Shown piece after piece: positions 35,708 to 48,853 of a stretch of DNA of 64,000 bases. The stretch lies in NCBI GenBank assembly GCA_964234715.1, contig OZ174280.1. One strand, written 5' to 3'. The position numbers were made by a program, and so were the translations under genes. Below the pieces are notes generated by a model that made no database searches, was not told the DNA's origin, and saw nothing but the letters and a program-made list of their open reading frames with translations. The DNA comes from Podarcis melisellensis. Taxonomy: Eukaryota. Every line of letters begins with the position of its first letter. Position 1 is the stretch's first letter.

Positions 35708-37049
35708 ACTATAGGTACCCATTTCTGCCCCCTTTCTTAGAAGGTGAACATAATCTATTCAGCCCAACCTTAAACATTTTGTTATCCCCTAGGTAAAATT
35801 GGGAAAATGTGATCCAGCAGGCAGAAAGTTGTATCTGGATCTGGAGAACTTAGCAGTATCCATTAGCTTTCTTTGGCAGAGCAAATAATAGTTTGGGGTG
35901 GGGACTGCTTATAGCAGAAAAATGATGGGAGAGGGTGAGGGGGAAAGAGTTAACCCACTGCTGGTTATTGCTGCTTTAACTTACCAGCCATGGGGAAAGA
36001 TGGGTGGAGGTGTCAGGATATTATTTTCTTAATTTTTGCTTTGCCAGTTCCATGCTTGCACAGCAGAGAGATGCAGATTGAACTCTTCTCTGGAGGCTAG
36101 ACCAGCTTAGGATCCAGTGGATCCTTGCTAGCCCAGCCCTGCCCTGCCCCCATTCTACCCTATTTAGGACTTAGGTCATCAGTAGTTTGTGCCATCAGTG
36201 GGCACAGTAGCAGCTTTTGTGGAACCAGATCCTCACCACCAGCAGCAGCAGTGCCCCAGCCGAGAGAAACACCTGGCTCCCTCCTGCAGCACATATCTGG
36301 GACTAGGATTGCTCTGCTCAGTAGGACATGAGCAGCAATAGGAAAGATGGCTTCACTTTTTAATGCTGCATAGCCTTTCTTCCTTAAATTGTCAGTGTAG
36401 AATCACGAATTTGTTAAACATCTAAATGAGCTAGGTTCTGCACAATGGACAAATAAGGTGATAGCCCTGCTGGAGCGTATTTTAGTGGGGACCTTTTTCT
36501 TACTTATAAAATAACCCCCTTTCCACCAAAAAGAGAAAGAGAGAAAAGAAAAGACTCCCACCAAACAGAATGAACCTCTTGTCACACCTAAGGCTGTCCA
36601 GCACTTTGCCCTAACTCAGACTCCTGCCTTCCACACTGCTTTAGAAAAAATATAAACAAGAAGAGAACATTTGATTTATGTCTCCAAAGACACAGAACTT
36701 GACAGTATTTTGTGAGATGTCTCAAGGGACATAACCCACTGTCTTAAGCACACAGGGAAAATTCTGATAAATTGCCATTTAAAAAACCAAGGAAGCCAAA
36801 TGTCAAAATATAAATAACTTTATTGGACAGGCAGGGTGGAGGTAAAAGAAAGGAAAAGGAAAGGTAACAACCATCTATAGATACCCAGCCCAGCAGATAA
36901 AATGGATAATGAAAATCTAACTGAGTCACCAATGTGCTATGTCCTTGGATGAAATCTTTACCCACAGGCAGTTATTCTTTTTAAATACCAGCACCATCAA
37001 GAAAGACACCCATATTGAGGTTATTGCAATATGGGTGCAAATGCATTTA

Positions 37050-37520
37050 TATTTAATATTTATTTGTTTATTAAACTTATATCCTGCCCTTCCACCCAAA
37101 GGAAGGAGCCCAGGGCAGCAACCAACAACTGATATAACAATAAAACGTCCTTATATTATTCCAGTAGAGATGTAGACTGGGAAAGATCTTGACTTAAAGG
37201 CTTGTTGGAAGTAGGTGCTGAAAAGACAACAGAGATGGCACTTGTCTAATACTTAATGGAAGGGAATTCTAAAGGATAGCACTAAGACACAATTGTGAGA
37301 AGCAGACCCTCCTGATAATGTGGCATCTGCAGGAGGACTTCAGCTGCACAGCACAGTGATTGGTTGGGTATATAAGGGGCGAGGTGATCTTTCACATATC
37401 CTGGTCCCAAGCTGCATAGGCTTTATACACCAAAACCAGCAGCTGGAACTTGGCCCAGTAGCTTCACATGTTGGCAATATCCTGTCCCAGCGAGCAGTTG
37501 AGCTGAGCTTTTATGCTCCT
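37050..37520 (-). mobile_element. L2-type LINE 3' fragment
   Basis: Collinear similarity to 8690-9170 (CCTGGTCCCAAGCTG.ATAGG.CTTTAT.CACCAAAACCA). Confidence 0.75.
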
Positions 37521-38046
37521 TGACCAGCCAGGAGCTCATGCAGGAGGCTGCAAGATTGAATGCACCCTCTCTCCAAGCTCTGCACCAGACAGGGAGGGGG
37601 CACTTGCCCCAGTCCTTGCAGCGCTTACCAACTGTCTCATCAGGGAGCAAGCAAAGTGCTCAGGAACTCGCTTCCTTCTCCGGGCTCCTGGTGCTGCAGT
37701 TTTTAATAGATTACAAAACAGATGAAATAAAGTTATTTCATTGACGGCCCTCATATTGTTATGTACAGAACAACACTGAGGGTGTTTAAACTATAATAAC
37801 AACAGCAACTTCGTACATTAGTGAAGTTGGTGTGTTATTAGATGCACAAAAATGGCACCTACGCAGCAGAATCATCTGCCATGGCTGGCCTTGGGCTAAT
37901 CACTTGTCTCTTAGCTTCAGTGTTCCTTGACTGAAAAAATAGGGTGTTCTTTGTCTGCCTTTGACCCGTTTTAGGGGTTGGTGTTAGAATTCCTGATCAG
38001 TAGTAGATTTGTACTTATACATGCAGGCTATCTCGTAGCTCAGAAA

Positions 38047-38401
38047 GGGGCGCGGGTGGCACTGTGGGTTAAACCACAGAGCCTAGGACTTGCTGATCAG
38101 AAGGTCGGCAGTTTGAATCCCTGTGATGGGGTGAGCTCCCCTTGCTCGGTCCCTGCTTCTGCCAACCTAGCAGTTCGAAAGCACGTCAAAGTGCAAGTAG
38201 ATAAATAGGTACTGCTCTGATGGGAAGGTAAACGGCGTTTCCGTGTGCTGCTCTGGTTCGCCAGAAGCGGCTTAGTCATGCTGGCCACATGACGCAGAAG
38301 CTGTACGCTGGCTCCCTCGGCCAATACAGTGAGATGAGAGCCGCAACCCCAGAGCCGGCCACGACTGGGCCTAATGGTCAGGGGTCCCTTTACCTTTACC
38401 T
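38047..38401 (+). mobile_element. Full-length Sauria SINE
   Basis: tRNA-derived head GGGGCGCGGGTGGCACTGTGGGTTAAACC, body CCAACCTAGCAGTTCGAAAGCA, (ACCTTT)n tail, 14-bp target-site duplication TATCTCGTAGCTCA (38029-38042, 38402-38415). Confidence 0.93.
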
Positions 38402-39549
38402 TATCTCGTAGCTCATGGGGCTCAGCAGGCAGTTGAATCCACTCTCCATGTGCACTATTACTTTGCATCTGGCTGAAGTTAAGTGGACCTTAGGGTTTTA
38501 GTGAACAAGGAAGTTGAACCCAGAAGCTTATAGTCTGCCTTTGTTGATTGGTGCATGAAACTGGCAGCATATTAGCAGAATATTTGGTTTATGGACAAGC
38601 TCTGCTGTCATTTGCACAGCAGTTTGGAATCAGAGCTGCCATCTTTTTATGTCAGAAGTGCCATTCCCCTGGAACCTGGGGATGGTGGCGGATCAGATAG
38701 AACCAATACAGAATCTGGCAGACTGGGGGGTGATGCCAGAATGAGACTTGGTGTTTTATGGCTGGGTCATGGTAGAATTTGGTCAGCCATGAGTGGTTAA
38801 TTACATCAATTGCTGCCGAACTTGGCCCCTCCCACTCTGCCCTTCGCCAGTGAGCAGACCTCCATTCTGGGGCCTGGGGGAGTAAGGATTGCACCCCCAT
38901 GCAGCAGAACCAATTGCCACAGCTGGCTCTCCCTCCTTGCTCTTGGTCACTGAAGGCCTCCAGTCCTGGGGGGAAATGATTAAGAAGCTCACAGCTGGAC
39001 AACAGACCATCAGTCGCCAGTAATGGGAGGGGGAGGAGTGAGATGGGATGGAGGGCAATGGGTGGGGACACTCATGACCAGATGAAAATAGACTTTGAGT
39101 GGAGGATATGCCACCTGAGCAGCGGAATGTGTAAGAGTGGCTAGGAATGTGATTACATTGCATCATTTTATGCAATGTGCTTAGTGGATCCTTCAGAATA
39201 ATACTGCCATTCTGCCAAAGGCGCTTTACCATTTAAAACACCAAAACAAGGACAAGTGGCCTCAGGGCATTGGTGCCACTTCAGGAGCTGATGATGGCAC
39301 TAGTTCCTTGGTTTGGGCTTCTTGCTTTCTGCTTTCCTCTCGGAGCACACAACTTTTTAGACAGATCCCTGTCTGTGTGGTGAAGATGCCCTGGCTGGAT
39401 CTTTTCAAGTGATCTTTCCTTTCGACTGCTCCAGAGGTTGGGCTCTCTGAGCTGGGAAGTTCCTGATTCTTCAGACCCAAACTCTGGGCCCTTGATAATA
39501 CTGCCTTGCCTATATGCGTCGGAACTCTTCTGATCTTCCAGGTGGCAGC

Positions 39550-40700
39550 CCGTCCATTCACACCACGGGCTGCTCGCGATTGCGGACACTTTCCCGCAGT
39601 GCCCAAGCGGCTCGCCTGAGGCATGCCGGGAAAAGCGCGCCTTTCACCGAAGCATCAGGTGTTGGTTGGCCCTGCCGGGGAGGGGCCTCGAGGGCCCGCG
39701 GGGCAGCAGCAGCGTCTAACCCCGCTCGGGCTCCCATGCCACCGCTCTGGGGCGCCGGGTGTGAGTGCGGGAGAGGCGGCTGGCTGCTCCCCCGCGACCC
39801 CCTCCCGCCGCCGGATCCCAGAAGGGCGGCGAGCCGAGCCCGTTGCCAGCCGAAGCCCCGCGCTTTCCCACTGACGCGCGTCGGCGAGTGACTCAAGCCT
39901 ACGTCACGCGCGCCCGGCCAAAAGACGCTCTCCTTGCCTGGGGAAAGGCGAGCCGCGCCAAGGTGCTCTCGCGGCGACGACGACGACGCAGCCTGCTCCG
40001 TGGGCTCTCGACGGCGACGAGCCGACGGACCTGACAGAGCTGCAGAAAGAGCGAGCCTTCGGGGAGGAGGAGGAGAAGCGGCGGCAGCAGCAGCGGAGCA
40101 ACTGGGCGAAGAGCGGCCACCTGGGTAAGCCGAGGCGCGCGTCAGGTCAGGGCGCGCGGCTTTGCCTTCCTCCCGTTGCCCAGCCGCCAGAGCACTTCCC
40201 CCGGCGAGTTGTCAGAGGTCCGCCCGGCCCAGCGCAGCCGCCTTCCGCCCTGCGTCCCGGAGGAGTTCCTCGACGGCGCGCCGACGGGGCGGGCAGCCCA
40301 CTGGTAAGGAAGGCAAGGAAGAGTGAGCCCTTTGGGGGCAGGTGCAGCGCCTCCTCGCGCCTTCTCCTTCGTCTTCCCTCTGTTTCTTCCCGGTACGCAG
40401 GTAGGATCTGCTTGTTTCGCTTTACCAAAAGGACACGGGGGGGGGGGGGAGAGGAAACTCCCGGTTGCTAGGCGAGGATGGAAAAAGGATCTCGCCTAGC
40501 AACTGGGGAGGAGGAAGGCAGGTGGACCAAGGGTGGAGAAAAGGGAAAAGGGAGCAAGGCGAGGAGGCGCGTCACCTGAAGCCTAAAAATAGCCAGCGAT
40601 GCGGAACGGAAGGAGGCACGTTTGGGCGAGATAGATTGGGGGGGGGGGGGAGAGAGAGAGACGAGCAAATCGCCCTTTGCTGAAGCCCGGAGGGATTGCC
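39550..40700 (+). promoter_or_regulatory. SLC6A17: SLC6A17 CpG-island promoter
   Basis: Strong CpG island ~12 kb upstream of the first coding exon; TGACG 39872-39876, AP-1 TGACTCA 39889-39895, CRE-like TACGTCA 39900-39906. Confidence 0.8.
39940..40124 (+). other. SLC6A17: Putative non-coding exon 1 of SLC6A17 (start approximate)
   Basis: Donor TGG|GTAAGC at 40125 inside the island; the first coding exon begins with an acceptor, so an upstream exon is required. Confidence 0.6.
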
Positions 40701-42032
40701 ACGATCCCTTCCGAAGAGATGCTTGGAGAGCTGACATTTTAAGTAAGTATGGGGTGGGGAGCGGGGTATATAGCTCGTCAGTGGCCATCCTGAAATCCAC
40801 GCAGCCTGAAGTGTGACCTTGATTGTAACATTGGGAAAGGAAGCAGAAACCACTCCGTCCTCATGAATAATGAAACGCCGGCGCTTGAATCCTGGCTCGT
40901 TTGGCCCCACCTCTCTCTGGGGCAATTCATCACAGAAGTTAGGGGTATAGAAGATGGGCCACAAGAAGCTGCATTCATTTGACTCCTAAGCTGTGGTTTA
41001 GGGTGGGGGAGAGGATGCTAGAGGTTTGTCTTGTTTCGTTTTTTAAAAAAAAAGCCTGGGCATTTGTGAAAATGTTGGCTGCATTGGAAAGCCAGTTCTG
41101 GATCTGCTTTTAGCCCTGGTGGAAAAAAAGTTGCCATTGTATTTGATATAAATCCTATGCATTGATTCTTCCTTTTTAGTATGCTCTTTTTGAAATGATC
41201 AATAAACCCTTTTAAAATACAATCCAAGTCATCAGCTATTGACGTACGCACTTGAATGGGGTTTGGAAGTGGAAAGTGACAGATCCAAATAGCCTTCCTA
41301 TTAAGATGCAGCTCTGACTGTAACATAACTGCCTTAAAAGATAGATTGTGTTTATGGTGTTTGCTCCTGATTTGCATTTGCAATTGGAAGCATGTGTGCA
41401 AAGCTCCATTAACACTTTTGCTTAAACCAGAGTGAATCTGGAGTCAAATTCTTATCTCCGGAGCTATGTGCAAGCTATGTGGGAATTTTAGTGCCCCAGA
41501 AGAAATGTTTAAATGGTGCCTACTGCACCATTTAATGGCACCATCCTCAGGCTGCTGGAGGATCATCCCCTGTCCCACCTCACCTGGTCCTTTTGCTTGT
41601 CAATCTCTGATAAGGCCTCCTTCACTACCATTCCAGGTCCTGCAGCTGGATGAACAGACCCCTTATTGGACTATCTGCTTTCCATTTCCTCCAATATGCC
41701 CTGCACTCCATGCCTTGATGTGCCATGACTTCTTAACCATTTATGGTTCATATCCAGCCTCAGCCCACTTTCCCACATCTTCCCTCTGCTCATTGCATCA
41801 GGTCCTCCAACCTCTGTTTGTTCCTTGTTGTGCATAAGCAGCAGAAGCACATGTGCCAAGAATTCAGGATGTACCTTTCCTCTTCTGCTGCAGCAACAAA
41901 AGTGCTGTTCCATATTAGTATGTTCCTAGATCTCCACCATGACTGCCTAATTGTAAGGCCAGCACGACATGTGACTCTCTCTACAAATGACATTGAATTA
42001 TTATGCAGCATGCCTCTATAACGTAATAATGA

Positions 42033-42204
42033 ACTTAGAAAGCTGACTTATATATCAAGCTTGATACTGTCCACACTAACTAATAGCGGCTCTCATGGGC
42101 TTCATAAAAGAGTCTTTCCTAGGCCTATCTGGAGATGCAAGGGATTGGACCTGAGACTTTCTGTATGCAAAGCAGATGCTCCGCCACTGAGCTATGGCTC
42201 TTCC
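42033..42204 (-). mobile_element. tRNA-derived squamate SINE (Squam3-like)
   Basis: Reverse strand GGGAAGAGCCATAGCTCAGTGGCGGAGCATCTGCTTTGCATACAGAAAG head; related copies at 45515, 52278 and 61848. Confidence 0.7.
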
Positions 42205-42573
42205 CCTGGTTTTGGCCCTTCCTGTTTGTGGACATATGTTTCACAGATCCTAAGGTTAGATAAAACTGTCAGATAATCCAGCAGGGTCTCTTCTGTTGCA
42301 CAGCCCATATGGATCTTCCCAGCCTGTGACTTATTTTTAGCTGCAGAGAAGCATCCTTTTAGAAGGGCATCTCTATCCATCTTGATGTTCTCAAGGGAAT
42401 AATAAAGTTTCCATTTGCTTGCCTGTCTTCTAGAAAGCTCATTCTCTGATGCTGAGAGTCAATAGGGACTCTCAGACAGAATGTTGGGTCTAGGAGTTCA
42501 GGGTTCCATTCCTAGCTTAGCCTCTGCGTGGCCCTGGGTCTGCTCCCCATTTCTAATGTGACAAGAATAATAG

Positions 42574-42688
42574 TATCATAGAATTGTAGAGTTGGGATGG
42601 ACCACAAGGGTGCAAGAATATCTTTGCCCAGCATGGGGCTCAAACCCACATGAGATTAAGAGTCATGCTCTACTGACTAAACTACCCC
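42574..42688 (-). mobile_element. tRNA-derived SINE with CR1-like 3' tail
   Basis: Reverse strand tRNA-like head (GGGGTAGTTTAGTCAGTAGAGCATGACTCTTAATCTC) and CCAACTCTACAATTCTATGA tail. Confidence 0.6.
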
Positions 42689-43149
42689 AGCAGTGATGGA
42701 ACTCGCAAGGTTGTGTGTGTGTGTATGTGTGTGCGTGCGCAGAAGGAGGATGAGAGATTTAAAATGAGTTTTAAAATGGCAAGGCACTTGGCGCAGCTAG
42801 AAGTGCCACATCCATTATTAATCATGGAGAATGCATTGCTGGTAGCCTCTGGGGGGGTCCTCCTGACATCATTCAGCAGTGCCATCTCTCCATCTGTCCC
42901 TCTCCTCTTGCCCTTCCTCAAGGGTGACCTTTTCTCTTTCAGCAGCTTTGGGCCTCACACCTGCATCGCTCTGCTCCTCCTCTGTCTTCATGTCTCCCAG
43001 GGGAGTTAGAGAAGCCATTTTTTTTGCCTCCTTTCTTTGTTATCACTACAGCAACCCTCCAAGATCAGAGAGAGAGGGGAGGGGAATGTATATCAGAGCA
43101 AGGGGAGGAAGTGGGTATGTATTGGAAGTGAACCGTATTCCTGCGGGTA

Positions 43150-43255
43150 CGTATTGGAAGTGAACCATAGTCCACGAAAGCTTGTGCCATTGTAAGTTTT
43201 GATGACCTAATTTAAAGGGCCACAAGACTGTTGCTTTTGCTGCAAGAGAGTAAGA
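43150..43255 (+). mobile_element. Degenerate Penelope-like pseudo-LTR fragment
   Basis: GAAGTG...GTCCACGAAAGCTTGTGCC...TAAAGGGCCACAAGACT resembles the sauropsid Penelope terminus. Confidence 0.6.
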
Positions 43256-45514
43256 TGGTGAATATAGTTTATGTTGGCAATGCTGTCTTCCATGAAGGTG
43301 CAACCCCCAGTTTTAATCCTGAGTCCCCTGCTACTGATTTCCATGGGAAAATCAGCTTTCTGTTTTTGTACTAAAGAACCAATTTGCCCTCTGGCTCTAA
43401 ATAGAAAAACTCCACCTTATGAATGTATTCACAGCATTAAGGGAGTCATATGATTACTGGCTTTCACTGCCTTCAAATACAGGGTCATATTGTTATGGCT
43501 TATATATGCTGCTATGATACCAAACAAGAAATGAACATGGCCTGTATTTGATGAATAGCCCCTTTTTACTCATTGTCTGGCCAATGATGGTGCAAAGTCT
43601 CATTCTTTCCCTCTCTCCTCTGAGATATGAAAACAAATGGAGACATCTATGAAAGTATTGATGTGGGGACACGAAGAGTTGAGATGTGTTTTGTAATTAA
43701 CTCCCTAGCTCTCTCTGATAGACTCCCAAATGCAATGCTGTGAAATAAGTCTTGCCTTGAGCCCCCCATAAGAGTGCTGTTGAGTAAGCTGTGACGTCTT
43801 TTATTACTAGTAATAAAATTATTAATAATAAAGGCCTACAAGCGGAATTCAACATGGCATTAATTGGGGTATCTGTGAGTGGGACGAGGTCTGCTTGCCA
43901 AGGGAACTCCCACGTGCTCCTGTTTTGGGTACCCCGCCCCCATCCTCCAGAGCAAAGATTTAGGGAGCACAAGGGGAGGAGAGGCAGCTTAATTCTTGTT
44001 CAGTGAGTGGACTTCACACAGCTGAATCTTGCCCGATAGCACTTTTAGGATTCTAAAGGTAGGTGACCACAGACCAGCTGAGCAGCTCTTAGGTGCAGCA
44101 TAAGTGCTTCTCTGCTGCCAAGTGGAAAGAGGCTTGCTGTTGGGATGTCCCACACAGTGGGGGGGGGGAGCAGGGGGGAAAGGATCCTTGGGTGTCTCTT
44201 TGTTGAGGATACACAGGATCCTAAGCACCCTCATTCATGTAACATGGCCTTAAGAGGAGCCCTTTGCCAGCCTGTACACTGCCATGCTTAATTTCCTCCC
44301 ACTGACTGCAATGGGGAAGGGTGGTGGGAAATGGCAAAGAGACCGGTAAGAAAAAGCAGTCTCCTGGCCCCCACCCTTGCCTGGCAGCAAGCTGTCAGGG
44401 TTTAAGAAGTGTTTTTAGCTCCACTGCAGAATCCTTCCCTCTCCCCAATAGGATTGTTCTGCCACCATGCAAATACACTATTTCCCCACCCCCAGCCCTG
44501 TATTCCAGCTCACAACAAACCTGTGCCATATGTTGTTATTATCCATGTTTTCAGAGGAATAATTGGGTGTGCCCAATACCCAGTGAATTCATGGCTCGGC
44601 AGGGATTTGAGCTCAAGTCTCTAAGGTCCAAGATTCTGGGCAATGGCCCATTTTTAGCAACCGATAGCAAGTCTTTGGAAAGAAGATCCATTATATTGTT
44701 AACAATGTTTAGGGCAATATAACCAACAGCAGCAACAAAATTCTCTGCCAATTTTGCTCAAATTCTTATTGAAAAATCACACCCCTGAATTGTCTGACTG
44801 ATGTAAATTTTTAAAGCAGGCCAATTTGACTATTTTTGCATGTTCTGTAGAATTGCTTCTGTTTTAGGTTATTACTGGGAGAAACAGAACAAATCCAGGC
44901 ACTGAAATTCCTGCTCAGCCCTCCTCCTGATATCTGATAGGGAAGTGCCACTCATCTACTTCCAAGCTTGTCTTCATAGCCTCTTGAGAGCTAGAAACTC
45001 TGTTTTCCCCATATGAAAGCTGCAGGTTTTTTAGGGTGCTGAATTTTGTGCCCAGTGTCATTTTTGCACTTGAGAGATACAATCACACCATTGAAGGATA
45101 TACGTAGCTCTGGCAATATCCATTCAGACACAAGGCCATGTGGGGTGAGTTTTGTGGGTGGTTTGTGTGCTAAAGGTCACCAGCATAAGGAACAATCCCC
45201 CTCCCCAAAGAAGCTGGAAGGTGTGAATAGAGAACCTGTGCTAACATTGCACATATTAGCATACAAAGTGTGTCTCTTGTGATACCTCTCTGCTATCCAT
45301 TGTAAGGCACCAGTGCGAGCTGGACAGTGGGCTCTGCTCTAAAGCAATTCTTACTCACTTCAGTGAGCGTTACTTGCAGAGGAGATTTTCCCTGTGAATT
45401 GTGCCTGAAATAAATGAAACAGGATAACTCAATTTATTTCTTCTCACTCCTTGGGTTAATTTCTATTATTCACATCCGTGCAGCATCAATGTAAGAAATT
45501 AGCATCAGTGGGAC

Positions 45515-45670
45515 TATAGAAAGCTGACTTACACCAAGTCAGACCATTGGTCCATTCTGTATTACACTAACAGTGGCTCTCCAGGGTTTCAGGCATGGGA
45601 CACCCCCCGTCCTGCCTGGAGATGCAGGGGGTCGAACCTGGCACCTTCTGCATGCAAAGCAGATGCTCTC
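45515..45670 (-). mobile_element. tRNA-derived squamate SINE (Squam3-like)
   Basis: GTCAGACCATTGGTCCAT...CCTGGAGATGC...CCTTCTGCATGCAAAGCAGATGCTCT. Confidence 0.7.
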
Positions 45671-46436
45671 ATGGCTTGACCTCACAAGAAACTGCACTAG
45701 GAAAACTCATTTTAAGACTGGGAATGCCAACAATAGCACAATGCCTCACATACAGAAGTGCCACTGCAAGCTGACCCAGTTTGGAGCAGCACTTTTTTGC
45801 CAACATCATCAGATGCCATGCATGAGCATGGCAAACACTAGTATCCCCAGGTGTGTCTACTGAGTATGCAGAGGGTTGCTGTGCAAGGATAACATGCCAT
45901 GGGAAACTACTCTCTTCAAATCTCTGCTCTCACATGCATTTATTGAGTGGCCTTAGGCACCCCCACCCTCAATCTGCCTTAGTCATATGTTTTATGGTGA
46001 TAACACACGCCTACTGTACATAGCTGAATGTAACAGCAGTTGCTTCTGGGCCTTGGGGTTCAAACTGTGTCTGCTAAATTCTCTTTAGCCCTCAGCTGCA
46101 TGGTTTAAGGCTGCTGTCTTTGCAACATCAGAGCAGCTGAGTCGAAGGCAGCCAGAGGACTGATGGCACATTACTTGCAAAGCCCCATGTGGACTTTGGA
46201 GCAGATCAGCCAATGGCATCATCAAGAGGGATGGCATGGCGGACAGCAGGATGGAGGAGGAGTTTGCAGGAACAGATGATATCAGAAGACAAAGAATATG
46301 TTTTATGGGAGAATAACCATGTAGCTCATTATGCTACAGGCATATAGCTATATTGTAATAATAATCTTTTCATGACATCTAACCTTGATTCAAGACTTGC
46401 TTCAAAACAGTTCATTTGATATTGGCACAGAATGAG

Positions 46437-46574
46437 AGAATTGTAGAGTTGGAAGGGACCTTGTGAATAATCTAGAGGAACCTCAATGCAGGAATATGCA
46501 AGTGTCCCATACGGGGATCAAACCTGCAGCCTTGGTGTTATCAGCACCATGCTGTAACCAGCTGAGCTATCCAG
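46437..46574 (-). mobile_element. tRNA-derived SINE with CR1-like 3' tail
   Basis: Reverse strand TGGATAGCTCAGCTGGTTACAGCATGGTGCTGATAACACCAAGG head and GGTCCCTTCCAACTCTACAATTC tail. Confidence 0.7.
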
Positions 46575-48499
46575 GCACAATCTTTTGGATCTGATGGTAG
46601 TAAAAGGTGTATTGGTGGTTGACTTCCCAAACCAAGCTGATGGTAAGAATGTAGGTCATTCTAAAAAGCTTACTATGCTTATATTTTGATAATTGGGATC
46701 AGTGAAGCTTTCTGATGGGCTACTGGCAAATATGAGGAGATGTATGGCAAAAAGAAAACAAAATAAAGTCCATGTGCTGATATGGCCTGCATGTGATATG
46801 CAGGCCATGCTATTGCAGTAAAACAGGAAGCTTACATTGTCCCAAAAGAAGGAAATTATGACACATGGAAAAAGAATTCTGTCCTTGGTGCTGAACGTCT
46901 CATCTATTTCAGCATTAGTGTTGAAAAGAGAAGCTGGTATCATATGCAGCACTATGTAACTGTCCTGTCGGCACAAGGATTCTGTTTGTACAACGGGACT
47001 TTGAACAGTCTGTTCTAGGGGTTCTTCCAACCTCCTGAGCAAATTGGGGGAGGCTGTGGGGTGCAAACAGGTCTTCTCTTTGTGTCCAAGAAAAGTACAT
47101 AAATAAGCTTTCCACTACACAAGTGGAAATTCTTGCGCTAATGGGATGGTTACGTAGCACTGTGCTGGTTACAAGTCTCATCTTTTTAACACCGTCTCTC
47201 TGTCTTATAATTTATAACTGTATGCTGAACTGGATGGAAGGATCAACACCAAGGACAGCAGCTTCCTCCATGTGCTCACAGGCCTTCCTTATTTACCAGC
47301 CTCCCCACCCCCCTTTACTCCAAGGCAGCCTTACCTTACAAAATCAAATATATTTACTTTGCCCTTGCATGAGGTGTGGAATAAGAAGAATCAGGTCTTC
47401 TGCCCAGGAACAACCTCTCCCAGAGATCTTGAAAAGCTGTTTCCCCTCAGACAGTGCCAGGCTAGATTCATCAGTGGTTTGCCTCAGTATAGCACAGCTA
47501 TACTTTCTGTACAGCACACTTTCTGTAGGTTTATACATTGCTGAGAAAGTTATTCTTTACTTGTGTGGGTACTGTTGGAGAGTCCCAGTTCTCCCCAGTA
47601 ATGTTTATGGAAACCAGCTCAGACAATAACTGTGAACTTGCAGAAGATCCAGCGAATTGCTTGTGGGTTTTAGAGAGCCTCATGAGGGGATAGGAATGCT
47701 TAACAGTGAGATATTTTAGACTGGTTTGCTTCTTCACCTCATTATTTCCTTCCTTTTGAGAACTCGCAGTTCAACCATCCGGTTCCTACTTCTATTAGAA
47801 ATGCTATTTTAAGCTGCCTGTTGCTAAGATACACTGTCAGTTCTATGCACTTGCTGTATCGGTTGTGTCTAAGAATGATATATCCAATCAGTTTAATTAG
47901 TTTCCCCAAATTAAAATATAATTTACAATAGGATTTAGTTTGGTAAAAACATGCCATTGTGTTCTCTCACTGCTTACAACAGTCACTTCAGGGATAAGTC
48001 ACCTTCAGAAAGTGCGTCCTTTTCTCAGTGCCCTCAGATCTCATGTTTCATGGCAGGATCACCACAGCATCAGGAGGAACCTTTTTCCCGGTACCTAGTA
48101 AACAGCTAAAACCTCCCTCAATCTAGAGCCCACAGGATGTGTTGAAAGGTTCTCATTGATCCAACCTTTTCTGTTGTCTTTTTTCCATATTGGCTTAAAT
48201 ATGACTTATTCTTGGTGTACTACACTTCCACAACATCACCTCAGTGATAAGGAAGACTTTCTACCACAGAGCCTTGTGACTTTCCCCAAGCCACAGAACT
48301 ACTGACCTGGTTAGGAACATTCGTTTCTTTGCAGCACATGAAAGGAGAAGGCCAAGCCAAATGAATCATTGTTCTTGCTATGATTACAGGTCAATAGCTA
48401 GCCAATTAGGTGAGGTGTCTGCAGTTTGATCCATAAGAAGTTGTGTACCATTCTCAAATGAAGAGTAATTTCAGATTCTCTTGCTTATTGGGATAGGAA

Positions 48500-48712
48500 G
48501 GATACAGTGTTGTATAATAGGAAGAGTGTTGAGTGTAGAACAGGGAGAGCTGGGTTCAAATCCCGACTCAGTCAGTGGCTTTACTGATGACCTTGCACAA
48601 ATCTTGGTCTTCCATACTCCACCGTGGTGTGATGAAGAACAGGAATAATCTCATGCACTGCACCTTGACCTTCTTGGACAGAGTGCTGGAAACAAGTGCT
48701 ATAAATAAACAA
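48500..48712 (+). mobile_element. MIR/CORE-like SINE, degenerate
   Basis: B-box GGTTCAAATCCC, TGACCTTG core motif, AATAAACAAAC tail. Confidence 0.55.
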
Positions 48713-48741
48713 ACATTGTCCCAAGCCTGGACTCTATAATG

Positions 48742-48853
48742 CAGGTTCCCTCAACCTGGTGCTTCCAGATGTTTTGAATCACAACTCCTATCTTCCCTAA
48801 CTATTAGCTCTGTGGCTGAGAGAGTTGAAGGCATAAGGTTGGGAAAGCTGCTG
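48742..48853. mobile_element. Lizard hAT-type MITE, degenerate
   Basis: CAGGTTCCCTCAACCTGG...CCAGATGTTTTG...ACAACTCC...AGGTTGGGAAAGCTG. Confidence 0.55.

Noticed and set aside
39262-40978. Cluster of ORFs on both strands at the SLC6A17 island
   Set aside because: Low-complexity Arg/Pro/Ala/Gly peptides typical of CpG islands; no protein homology recognisable.
46437-46574. tRNA-like sequences here and at 42620-42688 as real tRNA genes
   Set aside because: Stems are degenerate and they are attached to CR1-like tails, so they are SINE heads.
47123-47629. 168-aa intronic ORF and other 100-150 aa ORFs in introns
   Set aside because: Non-ATG starts or no domain similarity and no exon-like splice context; expected by chance in 64 kb.
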